Position numbers and translations under genes: made by a program. The notes beneath the pieces are model-generated. The model was not told where the DNA came from, did not search any database, and saw only the letters and a program-made list of their open reading frames with translations. This document shows positions 1-9,645 of a stretch of 61,953 bases of DNA, one piece after another (the first letter of the stretch is position 1; every line of letters begins with the position of its first letter). This DNA comes from a virus (Duplodnaviria > Caudoviricetes): positions 1 through 61,953 of the IMG/VR virus record IMGVR_UViG_3300021197_001137. The stretch is one strand, 5' to 3'.

Positions 1-3000
1 GAAATACCTGCTGATCAAGTACAAAGTGCTGTAAATAGAAATAAAATAGGAGCTGAGCTACCTTCAATGATTGGTACACAAATAAATAATAGGTTTTCCA
101 ACCTAGATCCATCCACTAGAGAGGAGTTTACATTTGATGTATTAGAAAAAATATTAAGGCCAAACAAACAAGGTGTTAACAAGGATTTACAATGGGACGG
201 CAGAGGAGACCTGTATGGCTTTTTAAATGGAAGAATAGGTCTTAGGATTAGAGATGCCGTTAGAGAAGATTACAATCGCCCAGAGGCTGAAAGAATGTAT
301 GTGGGGCGTATAGACGCTAAGCAAATAGAAGATTTAACAAAGGAGCCATCAACAGAGCCTACTACTGAGCCTACACCTAAAAAGAAATCTACAACCTCTG
401 AGGAGTCTGTAGAAAGAGGTCAAGCTACTTTTGACGAGCTAGACATTGTTGATGACGATTTAGTAAAAGATATTAAATCTGAGCTTGAAAAAGAAATTAG
501 GGTACGTGTTCAGAAAGGTACATTGTCAGAAACCGTTTCTGTTAAAAAAGGTAGAAATACATATATTGTATCGTGGCTAGAAGACTACATAAATAAGCAA
601 TTGTTCAAAAAGCTCCTTAAAAAAGTGGGTGCAATTAGTGGAACATATCCAGACACTGTAATACCCCCTGCTTATATTGACTTTTTGCAAGATCCCAAGA
701 CTTTTGATATTATAACAAAAGCTTTACCTATTAAAAGCATAAAGAAAAGCTATAGTAAGCTATTTGAAATAGAACGTATAGGTAGAGAAGTAACTGCAGA
801 AGGCAACCCTATATTTAGGATAAAGAAAATAGATAAAACTAAATTCTTTAAATACTTTGTAGATGGCAAAAAATCTACAATATTAGAAAGACAAAAGCAA
901 TTATTTAGAGAAATATTAACACCTGTAACAAAACAAATTGTTGCAGATATTGCGACTGTAGACAATCTAAGTTCATTAAAAGAAATACAGTCCTTGGCTC
1001 CATCTCAATCTGTAGATGTAGTAAATTCTATAGCTATTGAAGCTCAATTAAATGAGTTAGAATCTCAAATAGACAGATACAAAGGCGAAAAAACAGGATT
1101 TGATATTATTCAGTTTTCAAAAAGTTTAAGCAAGGAAGACAAAGCTGCTATTTCTAAAAAATTAGGTTATAAAAGCGATGGAGTTATAGCGATGGCTCAA
1201 TTAGCGGCGCAAATAATATCTCAAACAATAAGCCCTACAAGAAGAAAATACAATAAGTCTTTAAAGAGCATAGAAGAAAAACTTGGCCCTGAGCTTTGGG
1301 AAAAAGTTTGGAAAAACACTCTTAAAGATTATACTAATATACTTGATTCTTTTAAAGCAAAACAAGAGTATACTAATGGAGTATTAGCTGAACAAGTTGT
1401 TTGGGATGTTTTTTCTAAAACACCAGGTATTAAAGTTATTTCTAAAAGACCTGGAGATAAGTCAGGAGATACCTCAGCAGATATTATTATTAAGCATAAG
1501 CAAAAAGAATATATATTTGAAATAAAATACAATAAGACATCTAGGATAACTAGCACAAACATAAAAAATTACCACGATTCATCTAAAATGGAAACTACTC
1601 GTGAAATAGGTGAGGAAAGTAATAAAATAGTTATGGATGCTATAAAAAATAGCAAGCCATTACAAAGCTTTATTAGTAAGGTTGATAAATTTATGGCTAA
1701 AAATTATCCTGGTGAAAATTATATAACTGATTCAGGCTATATAGAGCTAACACCTAAGCAATATGAAGAATTAAATTTAGGAGACAGCCTATATAAAGAA
1801 TCTGTAACTTATATAAATGGCTTAAATGAAAAAATGGTAGAAGCCATATATAATGGAAAAGATACTCATTATATAGGATTTTTAGACATTGGTACATTTC
1901 ATGTAGGTGAAAATATAGCTGGGCTGCCGATACCTAAATTTGAGGGCGATCTATTTACTAGAGCATGGTTAAAAAAAGGTGCGCCTAAAGCCAATGGTAA
2001 AATGACATTCATACTTAAAATGTATGCCCAATTAACAACACCAGCTGCAGACGCTTTAGCCGAAGGGTCTACTATGTCTATAATAAGCTCTGATTCCATA
2101 AATAGCAATTTTAAAAGAATTCAGTTTTCTAAAAGTAAACCTGCGTGGGATCCATTTGATATGCGAGATGTGGTTACTATGGCATTGTTTGGTAAAACTA
2201 AAGCTTTTAAGAATAAACAAAGGTTTGAAAGAACTTATAAATATTTAACTCCTTCTCAACAAAAACAGGTACAGGAGGAAATGAAAAACCATAAATTATT
2301 GCAATTTAGCAAGACTATTAATAAAGCTAAAGCAATGATTAATAGACCCGACGCTCCTCAAAAAGGAATTAGCGTTTGGGATTTCGACGATACACTAGCA
2401 ACTACAAAAAGCAATGTATTATATACTTTACCAAATGGTACTAGAGGAAAAATAAATGCAACTGAGTTTGCATTGCAAGCCGATAGTCTTGAAAAGCAAG
2501 GCGCTGAATTTGATTTTAGTGAATTCAGCAAAGTAATGAAAGGCGCTAAAGGTCCTATGTTTGATAAAGCCATAGCTCGAAATAAAAAGTTTGGCAATGA
2601 CAATGTTTTTATTTTAACAGCTAGACCAGCGAATTCAAAATATGCTATACACGAGTTTTTAAAAGGTATTGGCTTAGATATCAAATTGGAAAACATAGTG
2701 GGCTTAGGCGACGGAACGGCCTTAGCTAAAGCACAATGGGTTGTTGGAAAAGTAGCCGAAGGCTATAACGATTTCTATTTTGCAGATGATGCTTACAAAA
2801 ATGTTAAAGCAGTGCAAGGGGTTCTTGAAGAGGCCGATGTTAAATCTAAAGTGCATCAAGCTAAAGTTCAATTCTCTAAAAACTTGAATAAAGATTTTAA
2901 TGACATTATACAAGACGTTACTGGCGTTTCTTCTAGTACTAAAGTATTTGAAGCTGCTAGTAAAGTTATAGGCAAAACAAAAGACAAATTTAAGTTTTTT

Positions 3001-4860
3001 GTACCATATTCTGCGGAGGATTTTGTTGGTTTGCTTTACCCTTTAATGGGCAAAGGTAAACAGGGAGACGCTCACGCTGCCTGGTTTAAGGAAGCTTTAT
3101 TAGATCCTTACGCTAAAGGGTATAGAGATTTTGAATCTTATAAGCAAAATGCTACAGCTATTGTTAAGCAACTTGTAAAAAGCTTTAAGGATGTTCCCTC
3201 GGGGTTAGAAAAAACTAATTCTACAGGTTTTACAAATGAAATGGCTTTAAGAGTTATATTGTGGGCAAAAAATGGTCACGAAATACCTGGTTTATCTAAG
3301 CAAGAGCGTAGTGATTTAATTAAGGTTGTTCAAGGTGATCAAGCTTTATTAAATTTTGCAAAACAAATACAATCTACTTTAGGTGGTTATCCTGAGCCTA
3401 CTAGCAATTGGTATGCTGGCACAATAACAACGGATGCTATTAACATGATAAACACATCTAAGAGAGCTGAGTTTTTGGAAGCTTGGCAGCAAAACGTAGA
3501 TGTGGTATTCTCTAAGGATAACATGAATAAACTTAGACTTCAATTTGGTGAAAACTACACAGAAGCTCTTGAAGACATGTTATACAGAATGAAGACCGGT
3601 CGTAACAGACCAATAGGAGCAAATAAGCTTACCAATAATTTTATGAATTGGGTAAATGACTCCGTTGGTACTATAATGTTCTTTAATACAAGATCTGCAT
3701 TGCTGCAAACATTATCTATTGTAAACTTTGTAAATTGGGGAGATAATAATCCTATTGCTGCAGCGGAAGCTTTTGCTAATCAAGATCAATTTTGGAAAGA
3801 CTTCAGTATGCTGTTTAATTCTGACTTTTTAAAACAAAGAAGATCCGGATTAAAGAATGATGTTAATGCTGACGACATAGCAAGAGCCGCAGAAACGGCA
3901 ACTAATAAATATAAAGCAGCACTTAGCGCAGTGTTAAAAGCTGGGTTTTTACCTACGCAAATAGCAGATAGTTTTGCTATAGCTATGGGTGGCGCATCTT
4001 TTGTTAGAAACAGAATAAATACTTATGTTTCACAAGGCATGTCAGAAAAGCAAGCTAAAGAAAAAGCTTTATTAGAGTTTCAAGAAATAGCAGAAGAAAC
4101 ACAACAGTCTTCAAGACCAGATAGAGTATCTCAACAGCAAGCAAGTCCATTAGGGCGTATTATATTAGCCTTTGCTAATACACCTATGCAATACATGAGG
4201 CTAACAAAGAAAGCTGTTTTAGATCTTAAAAACAGGCGTGGTGATGATAAAACTAATATAACTAAAATAATATATTATACAACGGTACAAAATATGATAT
4301 TCTCTTCATTGCAGTCAGCTATGTTTGCTGCTTTGTTTGAGGATGATGATGAGGAAATGATTGAGGATAAGCAACTAAGAGCGGCTAATTCTATGTTAGA
4401 TTCTCTGTTACGTGGTACCGGAGTATATGGGGCTATAGCTTCAACAATTAAAAATATATTATTTGAAGTAAATAAACAATCTAAAAAAGATCGACCAGAT
4501 TATACTCAAGCTGGCTTAAGGATGCTTAGTATATCCCCGCCTGTAGATTCTAAAATAAGAAAAGTACTTAGTACAGGTAGAGCTTTTAGTTATAAAACAA
4601 CTAGAGAAAAAATGGTTGGCTTTGGATTAGATAACCCCGCTTTTTATGCAATCGGCCAATCTGTATCTGCTTTTACTAACATTCCTTTGGATAGAGTTAT
4701 AAGAAAAATGGATAATGTTAGAATGGTATTTAGCGATGAAACTAAGTATTGGCAAAAGGTAGCATTGCTATTAGGATATAGCCAGTGGGATTTAGGATTG
4801 GTACAAAAGAAAGACACACCAAATAAGTTTGGAAAAACAAGCAAATGGAAAAAAAGATAA
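1..4860 (+). CDS. C-terminal part of giant putative virion/ejection polyprotein (continues from 59704-61953 across the window junction; ~2369 aa total) with sigma-region-2-like, PD-(D/E)XK nuclease and HAD phosphatase modules
   Basis: Frame 1 is open from base 1. Motifs: GVLAE..SADIII..FEIK (PD-(D/E)XK); VWDFDDT..ILTAR..FADDAYKN (HAD); four QFSK repeats in this part. Follows the tail/internal virion genes. Confidence 0.8.
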   Translation, partial: EIPADQVQSAVNRNKIGAELPSMIGTQINNRFSNLDPSTREEFTFDVLEKILRPNKQGVNKDLQWDGRGDLYGFLNGRIGLRIRDAVREDYNRPEAERMYVGRIDAKQIEDLTKEPSTEPTTEPTPKKKSTTSEESVERGQATFDELDIVDDDLVKDIKSELEKEIRVRVQKGTLSETVSVKKGRNTYIVSWLEDYINKQLFKKLLKKVGAISGTYPDTVIPPAYIDFLQDPKTFDIITKALPIKSIKKSYSKLFEIERIGREVTAEGNPIFRIKKIDKTKFFKYFVDGKKSTILERQKQLFREILTPVTKQIVADIATVDNLSSLKEIQSLAPSQSVDVVNSIAIEAQLNELESQIDRYKGEKTGFDIIQFSKSLSKEDKAAISKKLGYKSDGVIAMAQLAAQIISQTISPTRRKYNKSLKSIEEKLGPELWEKVWKNTLKDYTNILDSFKAKQEYTNGVLAEQVVWDVFSKTPGIKVISKRPGDKSGDTSADIIIKHKQKEYIFEIKYNKTSRITSTNIKNYHDSSKMETTREIGEESNKIVMDAIKNSKPLQSFISKVDKFMAKNYPGENYITDSGYIELTPKQYEELNLGDSLYKESVTYINGLNEKMVEAIYNGKDTHYIGFLDIGTFHVGENIAGLPIPKFEGDLFTRAWLKKGAPKANGKMTFILKMYAQLTTPAADALAEGSTMSIISSDSINSNFKRIQFSKSKPAWDPFDMRDVVTMALFGKTKAFKNKQRFERTYKYLTPSQQKQVQEEMKNHKLLQFSKTINKAKAMINRPDAPQKGISVWDFDDTLATTKSNVLYTLPNGTRGKINATEFALQADSLEKQGAEFDFSEFSKVMKGAKGPMFDKAIARNKKFGNDNVFILTARPANSKYAIHEFLKGIGLDIKLENIVGLGDGTALAKAQWVVGKVAEGYNDFYFADDAYKNVKAVQGVLEEADVKSKVHQAKVQFSKNLNKDFNDIIQDVTGVSSSTKVFEAASKVIGKTKDKFKFFVPYSAEDFVGLLYPLMGKGKQGDAHAAWFKEALLDPYAKGYRDFESYKQNATAIVKQLVKSFKDVPSGLEKTNSTGFTNEMALRVILWAKNGHEIPGLSKQERSDLIKVVQGDQALLNFAKQIQSTLGGYPEPTSNWYAGTITTDAINMINTSKRAEFLEAWQQNVDVVFSKDNMNKLRLQFGENYTEALEDMLYRMKTGRNRPIGANKLTNNFMNWVNDSVGTIMFFNTRSALLQTLSIVNFVNWGDNNPIAAAEAFANQDQFWKDFSMLFNSDFLKQRRSGLKNDVNADDIARAAETATNKYKAALSAVLKAGFLPTQIADSFAIAMGGASFVRNRINTYVSQGMSEKQAKEKALLEFQEIAEETQQSSRPDRVSQQQASPLGRIILAFANTPMQYMRLTKKAVLDLKNRRGDDKTNITKIIYYTTVQNMIFSSLQSAMFAALFEDDDEEMIEDKQLRAANSMLDSLLRGTGVYGAIASTIKNILFEVNKQSKKDRPDYTQAGLRMLSISPPVDSKIRKVLSTGRAFSYKTTREKMVGFGLDNPAFYAIGQSVSAFTNIPLDRVIRKMDNVRMVFSDETKYWQKVALLLGYSQWDLGLVQKKDTPNKFGKTSKWKKR

Positions 4861-4864
4861 TAAT

Positions 4865-5095
4865 ATGAGCAAACCAATTACAGCAAAAACAAGCAAAGTA
4901 GGTGCTACTACATATTGTAATAAGTGCAAAGACAAGAACTGCAACTGTTCCAAGTCTTCTCCTGCAACAAGAAAAGATGCTTGCTATAGTAAAGTAAAAA
5001 GTAGATATAAAAAATGGCCTTCAGCTTATGCAAGTGGAGCTTTAGCAAAATGTAGAAAAGTAGGCGCTGCTAACTGGGGAAATAAATCTAAATAA
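4865..5095 (+). CDS. Small Lys/Cys-rich protein with N-terminal PITAK motif
   Basis: ORF track 4829..5095; ATG at 4865 follows the upstream stop. Resembles the basic small proteins at 34-37 kb. Confidence 0.65.
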   Translation: MSKPITAKTSKVGATTYCNKCKDKNCNCSKSSPATRKDACYSKVKSRYKKWPSAYASGALAKCRKVGAANWGNKSK

Positions 5096-5097
5096 CT

Positions 5098-5343
5098 ATG
5101 GCCTATAAATCACCATGCAAACAAGTTAGAAAAAGCAAAGAAGGACTTGCTTTAAAAAGATGGTTTGAAGAAGACTGGAAAACCCCAAAGGGTAATGAAG
5201 ATTACTCAGAAGGGGAAAACACATTCAGGCCAACTAAAAAAGTATCTAATAAAACACCAAAAACCTGGAGTGAAGTTACTCCCGAATCCAAAGCAAAAGC
5301 CCAAAAAGAAAAGAACACTAAAGGTAGAGTTACCAAATATTAA
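5098..5343 (+). CDS. Small basic hypothetical protein (LKRWFEEDW motif)
   Basis: ORF track; tightly packed in operon. Confidence 0.7.
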   Translation: MAYKSPCKQVRKSKEGLALKRWFEEDWKTPKGNEDYSEGENTFRPTKKVSNKTPKTWSEVTPESKAKAQKEKNTKGRVTKY

Positions 5344-5346
5344 AAC

Positions 5347-5505
5347 ATGAACTTACAAGAAATAAAGTTATACGCTATAAACGGTAGTACACTAGGAGTT
5401 ACAACCTTTACACAAATAGAGGATTGGTTAAAAATAATATTATTAGTAGTAACTATAGGTTATACTATATCTAAATGGTCAAAAGTGCGTGAGGAAGATA
5501 AATAA
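5347..5505 (+). CDS. Putative holin (52 aa)
   Basis: Hand translation MNLQEIKLYAINGSTLGVTTFTQIEDWLKIILLVVTIGYTISKWSKVREEDK: hydrophobic helix, charged C-terminus, overlaps the endolysin start. Confidence 0.6.
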   Translation: MNLQEIKLYAINGSTLGVTTFTQIEDWLKIILLVVTIGYTISKWSKVREEDK

Positions 5506-5896
5506 AATAATAATACACTGTTCCGCTACAAAAGAAGGTGAAGATATATCCGCAGCTACTATAGATAGGTGGCATCGAGATAGAGGATGGAGCGGCATTG
5601 GTTATCATTATATTGTATCTTTAAACGGAAACATTGAGTACGGTAGGCCTATAGATAAGCAAGGGGCTCATGTAAAAAACCACAACAAGGGAAGTATTGG
5701 GATATGTTATATAGGAGGTCTAGATGAACATTTAGATCCAAAAGATACTAGAACGCCAGAGCAAAAAGAAAGCCTTCTATTACTTCTTAAAACATTAAAA
5801 AAAATGCATTCGAAAGCAACGATACATGGCCACAACGAATTCGCTAGAAAATCTTGTCCTTGTTTTGATGCTTATAATGAATATTGTTATATATAA
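5489..5896 (+). CDS. Endolysin, N-acetylmuramoyl-L-alanine amidase (T7 lysozyme-like, Amidase_2)
   Basis: IIIHCSAT, GIGYHY, SIGICYIGG, GHNE..KSCPCF motifs. Confidence 0.93.
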   Translation: MRKINKIIIHCSATKEGEDISAATIDRWHRDRGWSGIGYHYIVSLNGNIEYGRPIDKQGAHVKNHNKGSIGICYIGGLDEHLDPKDTRTPEQKESLLLLLKTLKKMHSKATIHGHNEFARKSCPCFDAYNEYCYI

Positions 5897-5926
5897 AAAA
5901 AGGGCACCGTTTCCAGCACCCTTTTT
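5895..5926 (-). terminator. Rho-independent terminator at the convergence of the two arms (possibly bidirectional)
   Basis: Minus strand GGGTGCTG-GAAA-CGGTGCCC (with G·U pairs) followed by T7; A/T runs on both sides. Confidence 0.75.
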
Positions 5927-5943
5927 CTAACTAACTAAACAAA

Positions 5944-7665
5944 CTAACCATCACACGCAAGACAATCTTCACTCATCGCTTGCTGTGCAATATCTCCACG
6001 TAGAACACTCTCTGTTCTAGTATAATATAATGTTTTCACTCCTTTTTTCCACGCTTCAAAATGCACTTTATTTATCCATTTTGGCGTAGCTATAGCAGGA
6101 AAAGCTAAATTTAAACTAACAGATTGATCTATATACTGTTGTCTTATTCCTGCTTGATTAACCAACTCTAATTGATTAATTTCCTTAAACGTCTTAAATA
6201 CTTCTTTTGCAGGTATTTCGTGGGAGCCAATAGTAATATCATCAAGTTCAGATAAACCTTGAACGCTACCGCCATCTGCAAGTATCTTATCCCATGTTTC
6301 ATTTGTATTAATTTTAAGCTTCCTTAGCAACTTTACTAATGTAGGGTTTTTTCTTATAAAAGTACCTTTAGCCGATTGTTCTGTAAATACGTTGGCAGCC
6401 CAAGGCTCTATTCCTGGTGAAACATTGCCACCAAGCTTTGAATTACTAACAGTGGGAGCAATAGCGCGCAAATGAGTATTACGATAACCAGTACCAGCGC
6501 ACCACAAAGGTTCACCATAAATTTCAGCAAGATCTCTGGAAGCTCTTTCGCTTTCAATTTTAATCTGCGAAAATATTTTCCTAGTTTCAAACTGAGCAAG
6601 GAGACCTTCAAAAGGAGTTCCGTTTTCCTGGAGATAGGTGTGCCATCCGAGTACACCCAGCCCAAGCGCTCGTCCTTTAGTAGCAGAACGAATGGCATTT
6701 TCAAAACCTCTAAGTCCTTTGGCTCTTTGAATAAATTCCTCCATAACGCCATCGAGAAACCATATAGCGTCGTATATAAGGTTTGTACCTTTCCATTCTT
6801 CATATTTTGCTAGATTTAATGATGATAAACAACAAACAAAGCTGTGATTTTCATCTGTGTGTAATGTGATTTCAGAACATATATTTGTCATATGAACTTT
6901 TAATCCGTTTTCTTTATATGCTTTTGGATTTGATTTGTTAACATTTCCCTTAAACATGATATAAGGTTCTCCAGTTGCTTTTCGCTTTCTAAGTAGTTTA
7001 CTCCATCTATTTCTAGCATCCTTATCTCCTTGTTCAAGCTTTCGCATAAACTTATCGCCAATAATTGCGCATTGATGTAAATTAAGCGATTGTCTGTTAA
7101 CATCTCCTTTAGGTTCTCTGATTTCAAGCCACTCATCAAAATCGTCGTGCTCAATGTTAATATTAACTGAAGCAGCTCCTCGTCTGACAGACCCTTGATT
7201 AGTTGCAAGGATCGTTGAATCGTAGATTTTACAAAAAGGGACAACCCCGTCACTTGTTCCATTGCCTGTTATTTTTGCGCCAGCGGGTCTTATTTGATTT
7301 ATACCGATACCAACTCCACCGCCGTGCTTAGCGAGTAGCATCATTTCTAAATTCTTTTGGCCAATATCCTGTATCGAATCAGCAACGTCAATGCCGAAGC
7401 AACTAATAGGCAAGCCCCTATCAGTCCCAGTGTTTGAGAGTACCGGACTAGCAAGGCACAGCCAACCATTCCAGATGTAATTAAAAAATACCTCAGCCAT
7501 TTCAGGCTTATATAACCTACGAGCAACTGTTTTAGCGACTCGCATGTATGCTTCTCTAGGTGTTTCTCCGTCAAATAAATATCCCCCGGATATAGTCTTC
7601 TTGTATACGTCGTTATTACCCCACGCAGGGTAGTCTTCACCTTTTTTCCAGTTTTCATTCCACAT
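5944..7665 (-). CDS. nrdA: Ribonucleotide reductase class I alpha subunit (no ATP cone)
   Basis: SPVLSN, PISCF, GGGVG, TNICSEI, CCLSS, APTVSNS, QQYIDQSVS, KTLYY and C-terminal CLACDG motifs. Confidence 0.95.
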   Translation of the reverse strand: MWNENWKKGEDYPAWGNNDVYKKTISGGYLFDGETPREAYMRVAKTVARRLYKPEMAEVFFNYIWNGWLCLASPVLSNTGTDRGLPISCFGIDVADSIQDIGQKNLEMMLLAKHGGGVGIGINQIRPAGAKITGNGTSDGVVPFCKIYDSTILATNQGSVRRGAASVNINIEHDDFDEWLEIREPKGDVNRQSLNLHQCAIIGDKFMRKLEQGDKDARNRWSKLLRKRKATGEPYIMFKGNVNKSNPKAYKENGLKVHMTNICSEITLHTDENHSFVCCLSSLNLAKYEEWKGTNLIYDAIWFLDGVMEEFIQRAKGLRGFENAIRSATKGRALGLGVLGWHTYLQENGTPFEGLLAQFETRKIFSQIKIESERASRDLAEIYGEPLWCAGTGYRNTHLRAIAPTVSNSKLGGNVSPGIEPWAANVFTEQSAKGTFIRKNPTLVKLLRKLKINTNETWDKILADGGSVQGLSELDDITIGSHEIPAKEVFKTFKEINQLELVNQAGIRQQYIDQSVSLNLAFPAIATPKWINKVHFEAWKKGVKTLYYTRTESVLRGDIAQQAMSEDCLACDG

Positions 7666-7925
7666 TATTTTATAAAGTGTGTTATCCAGGCTATAAGCCC
7701 ATTAATATTTAATGCTACAAGATTCCATTGTTTTCGTGATGAGGTTTGTATAACCACACAAACAAAACCTATTATGTATAGCATTGGTTCAATTGTCCAT
7801 TGTGCTGCTATTAAAAAGCCTGCCCCCATATATCCAATACGGGAGGCAAACTTTTGATATGACGTTAACTTATTAGTATAAGCTAATAATCTCAGCATTC
7901 TTCTTTTAGTTATAGAGATCTTCAT
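7665..7925 (-). CDS. Small membrane protein between nrdB and nrdA
   Basis: ORF track; about three hydrophobic segments. Confidence 0.6.
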   Translation of the reverse strand: MKISITKRRMLRLLAYTNKLTSYQKFASRIGYMGAGFLIAAQWTIEPMLYIIGFVCVVIQTSSRKQWNLVALNINGLIAWITHFIK

Positions 7926-7948
7926 ATATTTCTTTTTCGGTTATAATA

Positions 7949-8917
7949 TTACCAAATGTCTTCGAAGTCTTCCCCTTCGCCAGCTTTTGAATAGTCCGTC
8001 GGCCTAATTGCGAAAAAATCAGTATGAGTGACCCCGCCGGTAAGATGATAGAACCAATCAAGATTAGACGCTGCGTTTTTGTCATACGCGAAATAGTTCC
8101 CAAGGTCAATGTAGCCAAGTTCAACAAGTTTTTCATTTGCTCTTTTCTTTATAAAATGTTTTAAATCATTAGCAGATATACCCTCTATATCTCCCATTTC
8201 AAACATCTTATCAATATACTTAGTTTCTAAAACCACCATTGTTTTAGCGGCTTTTATTATATCTTCTCTACATAAATTCAGTAATTGATCATTTTCATTG
8301 CACATATCTCGGAATAGTTTACACCCCATTTTACTATGCAATGATTCATCTCTTACTGACCACTTCATTTGTTGTCCGATTCCTTTGAGCAAGTTGCGTA
8401 GCTGAAAAGAATACAAAACAGCAAAAGCAGAATAAAGGCTGACTCCCTCGGCGAAAGCTGAAAATACTGCCAAACTTTTCGCAATACCCAAGCTGTCGTT
8501 GCCGCTGTAAGCAACCAAGTTATCGAACCTAGCACTCGTAGCAGGCTCGTGTAAAAACGCTTCATAATCTTCTAATTTTAATGTTTCATTTAAGTAGCTA
8601 TATGCTACGGCGTGAACAGTCTCTTGCGAGCCGAACATCATCGCCATTTGTTTAATCTCGTGTTTAGGAAACCACGATACGACGTTCTGGGTCCAATAAT
8701 CTGAAACAGCGCATTCGGTTTGCGCGAATCCAAGAAGTATGTTCCCAACGAGATTTTTTTCTTTTTTGTTAAGTTTTTCATTCCAATCTTTAATATCACT
8801 TTGCATTGAGATTTCTGTATGTAACCAAAATGCTTGTGCTTGTTTTAACCAACCTTCAGTGTAGTATTCAGGGTACTCAAACGGTTTATACGCTATGCGC
8901 TCATCAAACAACCCCAT
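7949..8917 (-). CDS. nrdB: Ribonucleotide reductase class I beta subunit
   Basis: QETVHAVAYS, AEGVSLYSAF, RDESLH metal-ligand motifs; C-terminal DFFAIRPTDYSK. Confidence 0.95.
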   Translation of the reverse strand: MGLFDERIAYKPFEYPEYYTEGWLKQAQAFWLHTEISMQSDIKDWNEKLNKKEKNLVGNILLGFAQTECAVSDYWTQNVVSWFPKHEIKQMAMMFGSQETVHAVAYSYLNETLKLEDYEAFLHEPATSARFDNLVAYSGNDSLGIAKSLAVFSAFAEGVSLYSAFAVLYSFQLRNLLKGIGQQMKWSVRDESLHSKMGCKLFRDMCNENDQLLNLCREDIIKAAKTMVVLETKYIDKMFEMGDIEGISANDLKHFIKKRANEKLVELGYIDLGNYFAYDKNAASNLDWFYHLTGGVTHTDFFAIRPTDYSKAGEGEDFEDIW

Positions 8918-9066
8918 TAATTATCAATTTCAATTGCTAAATCTACAAAAGGTAGGTAAAACACGTGTGTCGTAAAATCTTTTTCTTTATATGATCTCGC
9001 CCCGAACAATATTCCAGGGTATAATCCTACAGTTATAATCCAACCTCTTTCTCTATTTTCCTCCAT
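8917..9066 (-). CDS. Hypothetical protein (49 aa)
   Basis: Hand translation MEENRERGWIITVGLYPGILFGARSY...; its stop overlaps the nrdB ATG. Confidence 0.6.
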   Translation of the reverse strand: MEENRERGWIITVGLYPGILFGARSYKEKDFTTHVFYLPFVDLAIEIDN

Positions 9067-9232
9067 AAACTTTTATATTATATCTATCCATTATTTCTAC
9101 TAATTCTTTATACTTAACTTTGCCTCTAACTTCCCAGCTCCATTTTACAAACTTATCAATTTGACGCTCCGCATACTTTTGTCTAGCTAATCTTTTCTTT
9201 TCGAAAGGATTATACTTATTGTCTCGTCGCAT
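9053..9232 (-). CDS. Hypothetical protein (59 aa)
   Basis: Hand translation MRRDNKYNPFEKKRLARQKYAERQIDKFVKWSW...; fills the operon gap. Confidence 0.55.
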   Translation of the reverse strand: MRRDNKYNPFEKKRLARQKYAERQIDKFVKWSWEVRGKVKYKELVEIMDRYNIKVYGGK

Positions 9233-9645
9233 TCTTTTTGATTTTGTGGTTTATATAATGTTACATTAGGAAATTGATTCATAACTAATCTTTTAAACAA
9301 TTTCCAACGCATTGGAAATGATTCGTTAGCTCTGCCTTTTGTTTCAATTATAAAATCATCACCAATAAAATCTGGTGTATATTTTATAGGTAATATACGC
9401 TTGCATCCTCTATTTTTATAATCACCTTTACCGTTAGACTGTCTTTCATATACTTCATTATCGAAATGAAAGCCAGCTAGTAAAACAAAAGTCTCTCCTT
9501 CGTATTTAGCTTTGATTTTTGCTTTTTTCAAAGCCATATACATATAACGCTCTAATCCCGAAGCGAAGTTAATCCCGTCATAAGTAACTTTTTTACTTAC
9601 AACAGGACCACGCTTCTTTTTTCTTTTATAAGGTCTCCTCTTCAT
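9187..9645 (-). CDS. T7 endonuclease I-like Holliday junction resolvase
   Basis: FASGLE, YTPDF, IIETKG motifs. Confidence 0.8.
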   Translation of the reverse strand: MKRRPYKRKKKRGPVVSKKVTYDGINFASGLERYMYMALKKAKIKAKYEGETFVLLAGFHFDNEVYERQSNGKGDYKNRGCKRILPIKYTPDFIGDDFIIETKGRANESFPMRWKLFKRLVMNQFPNVTLYKPQNQKECDETISIILSKRKD

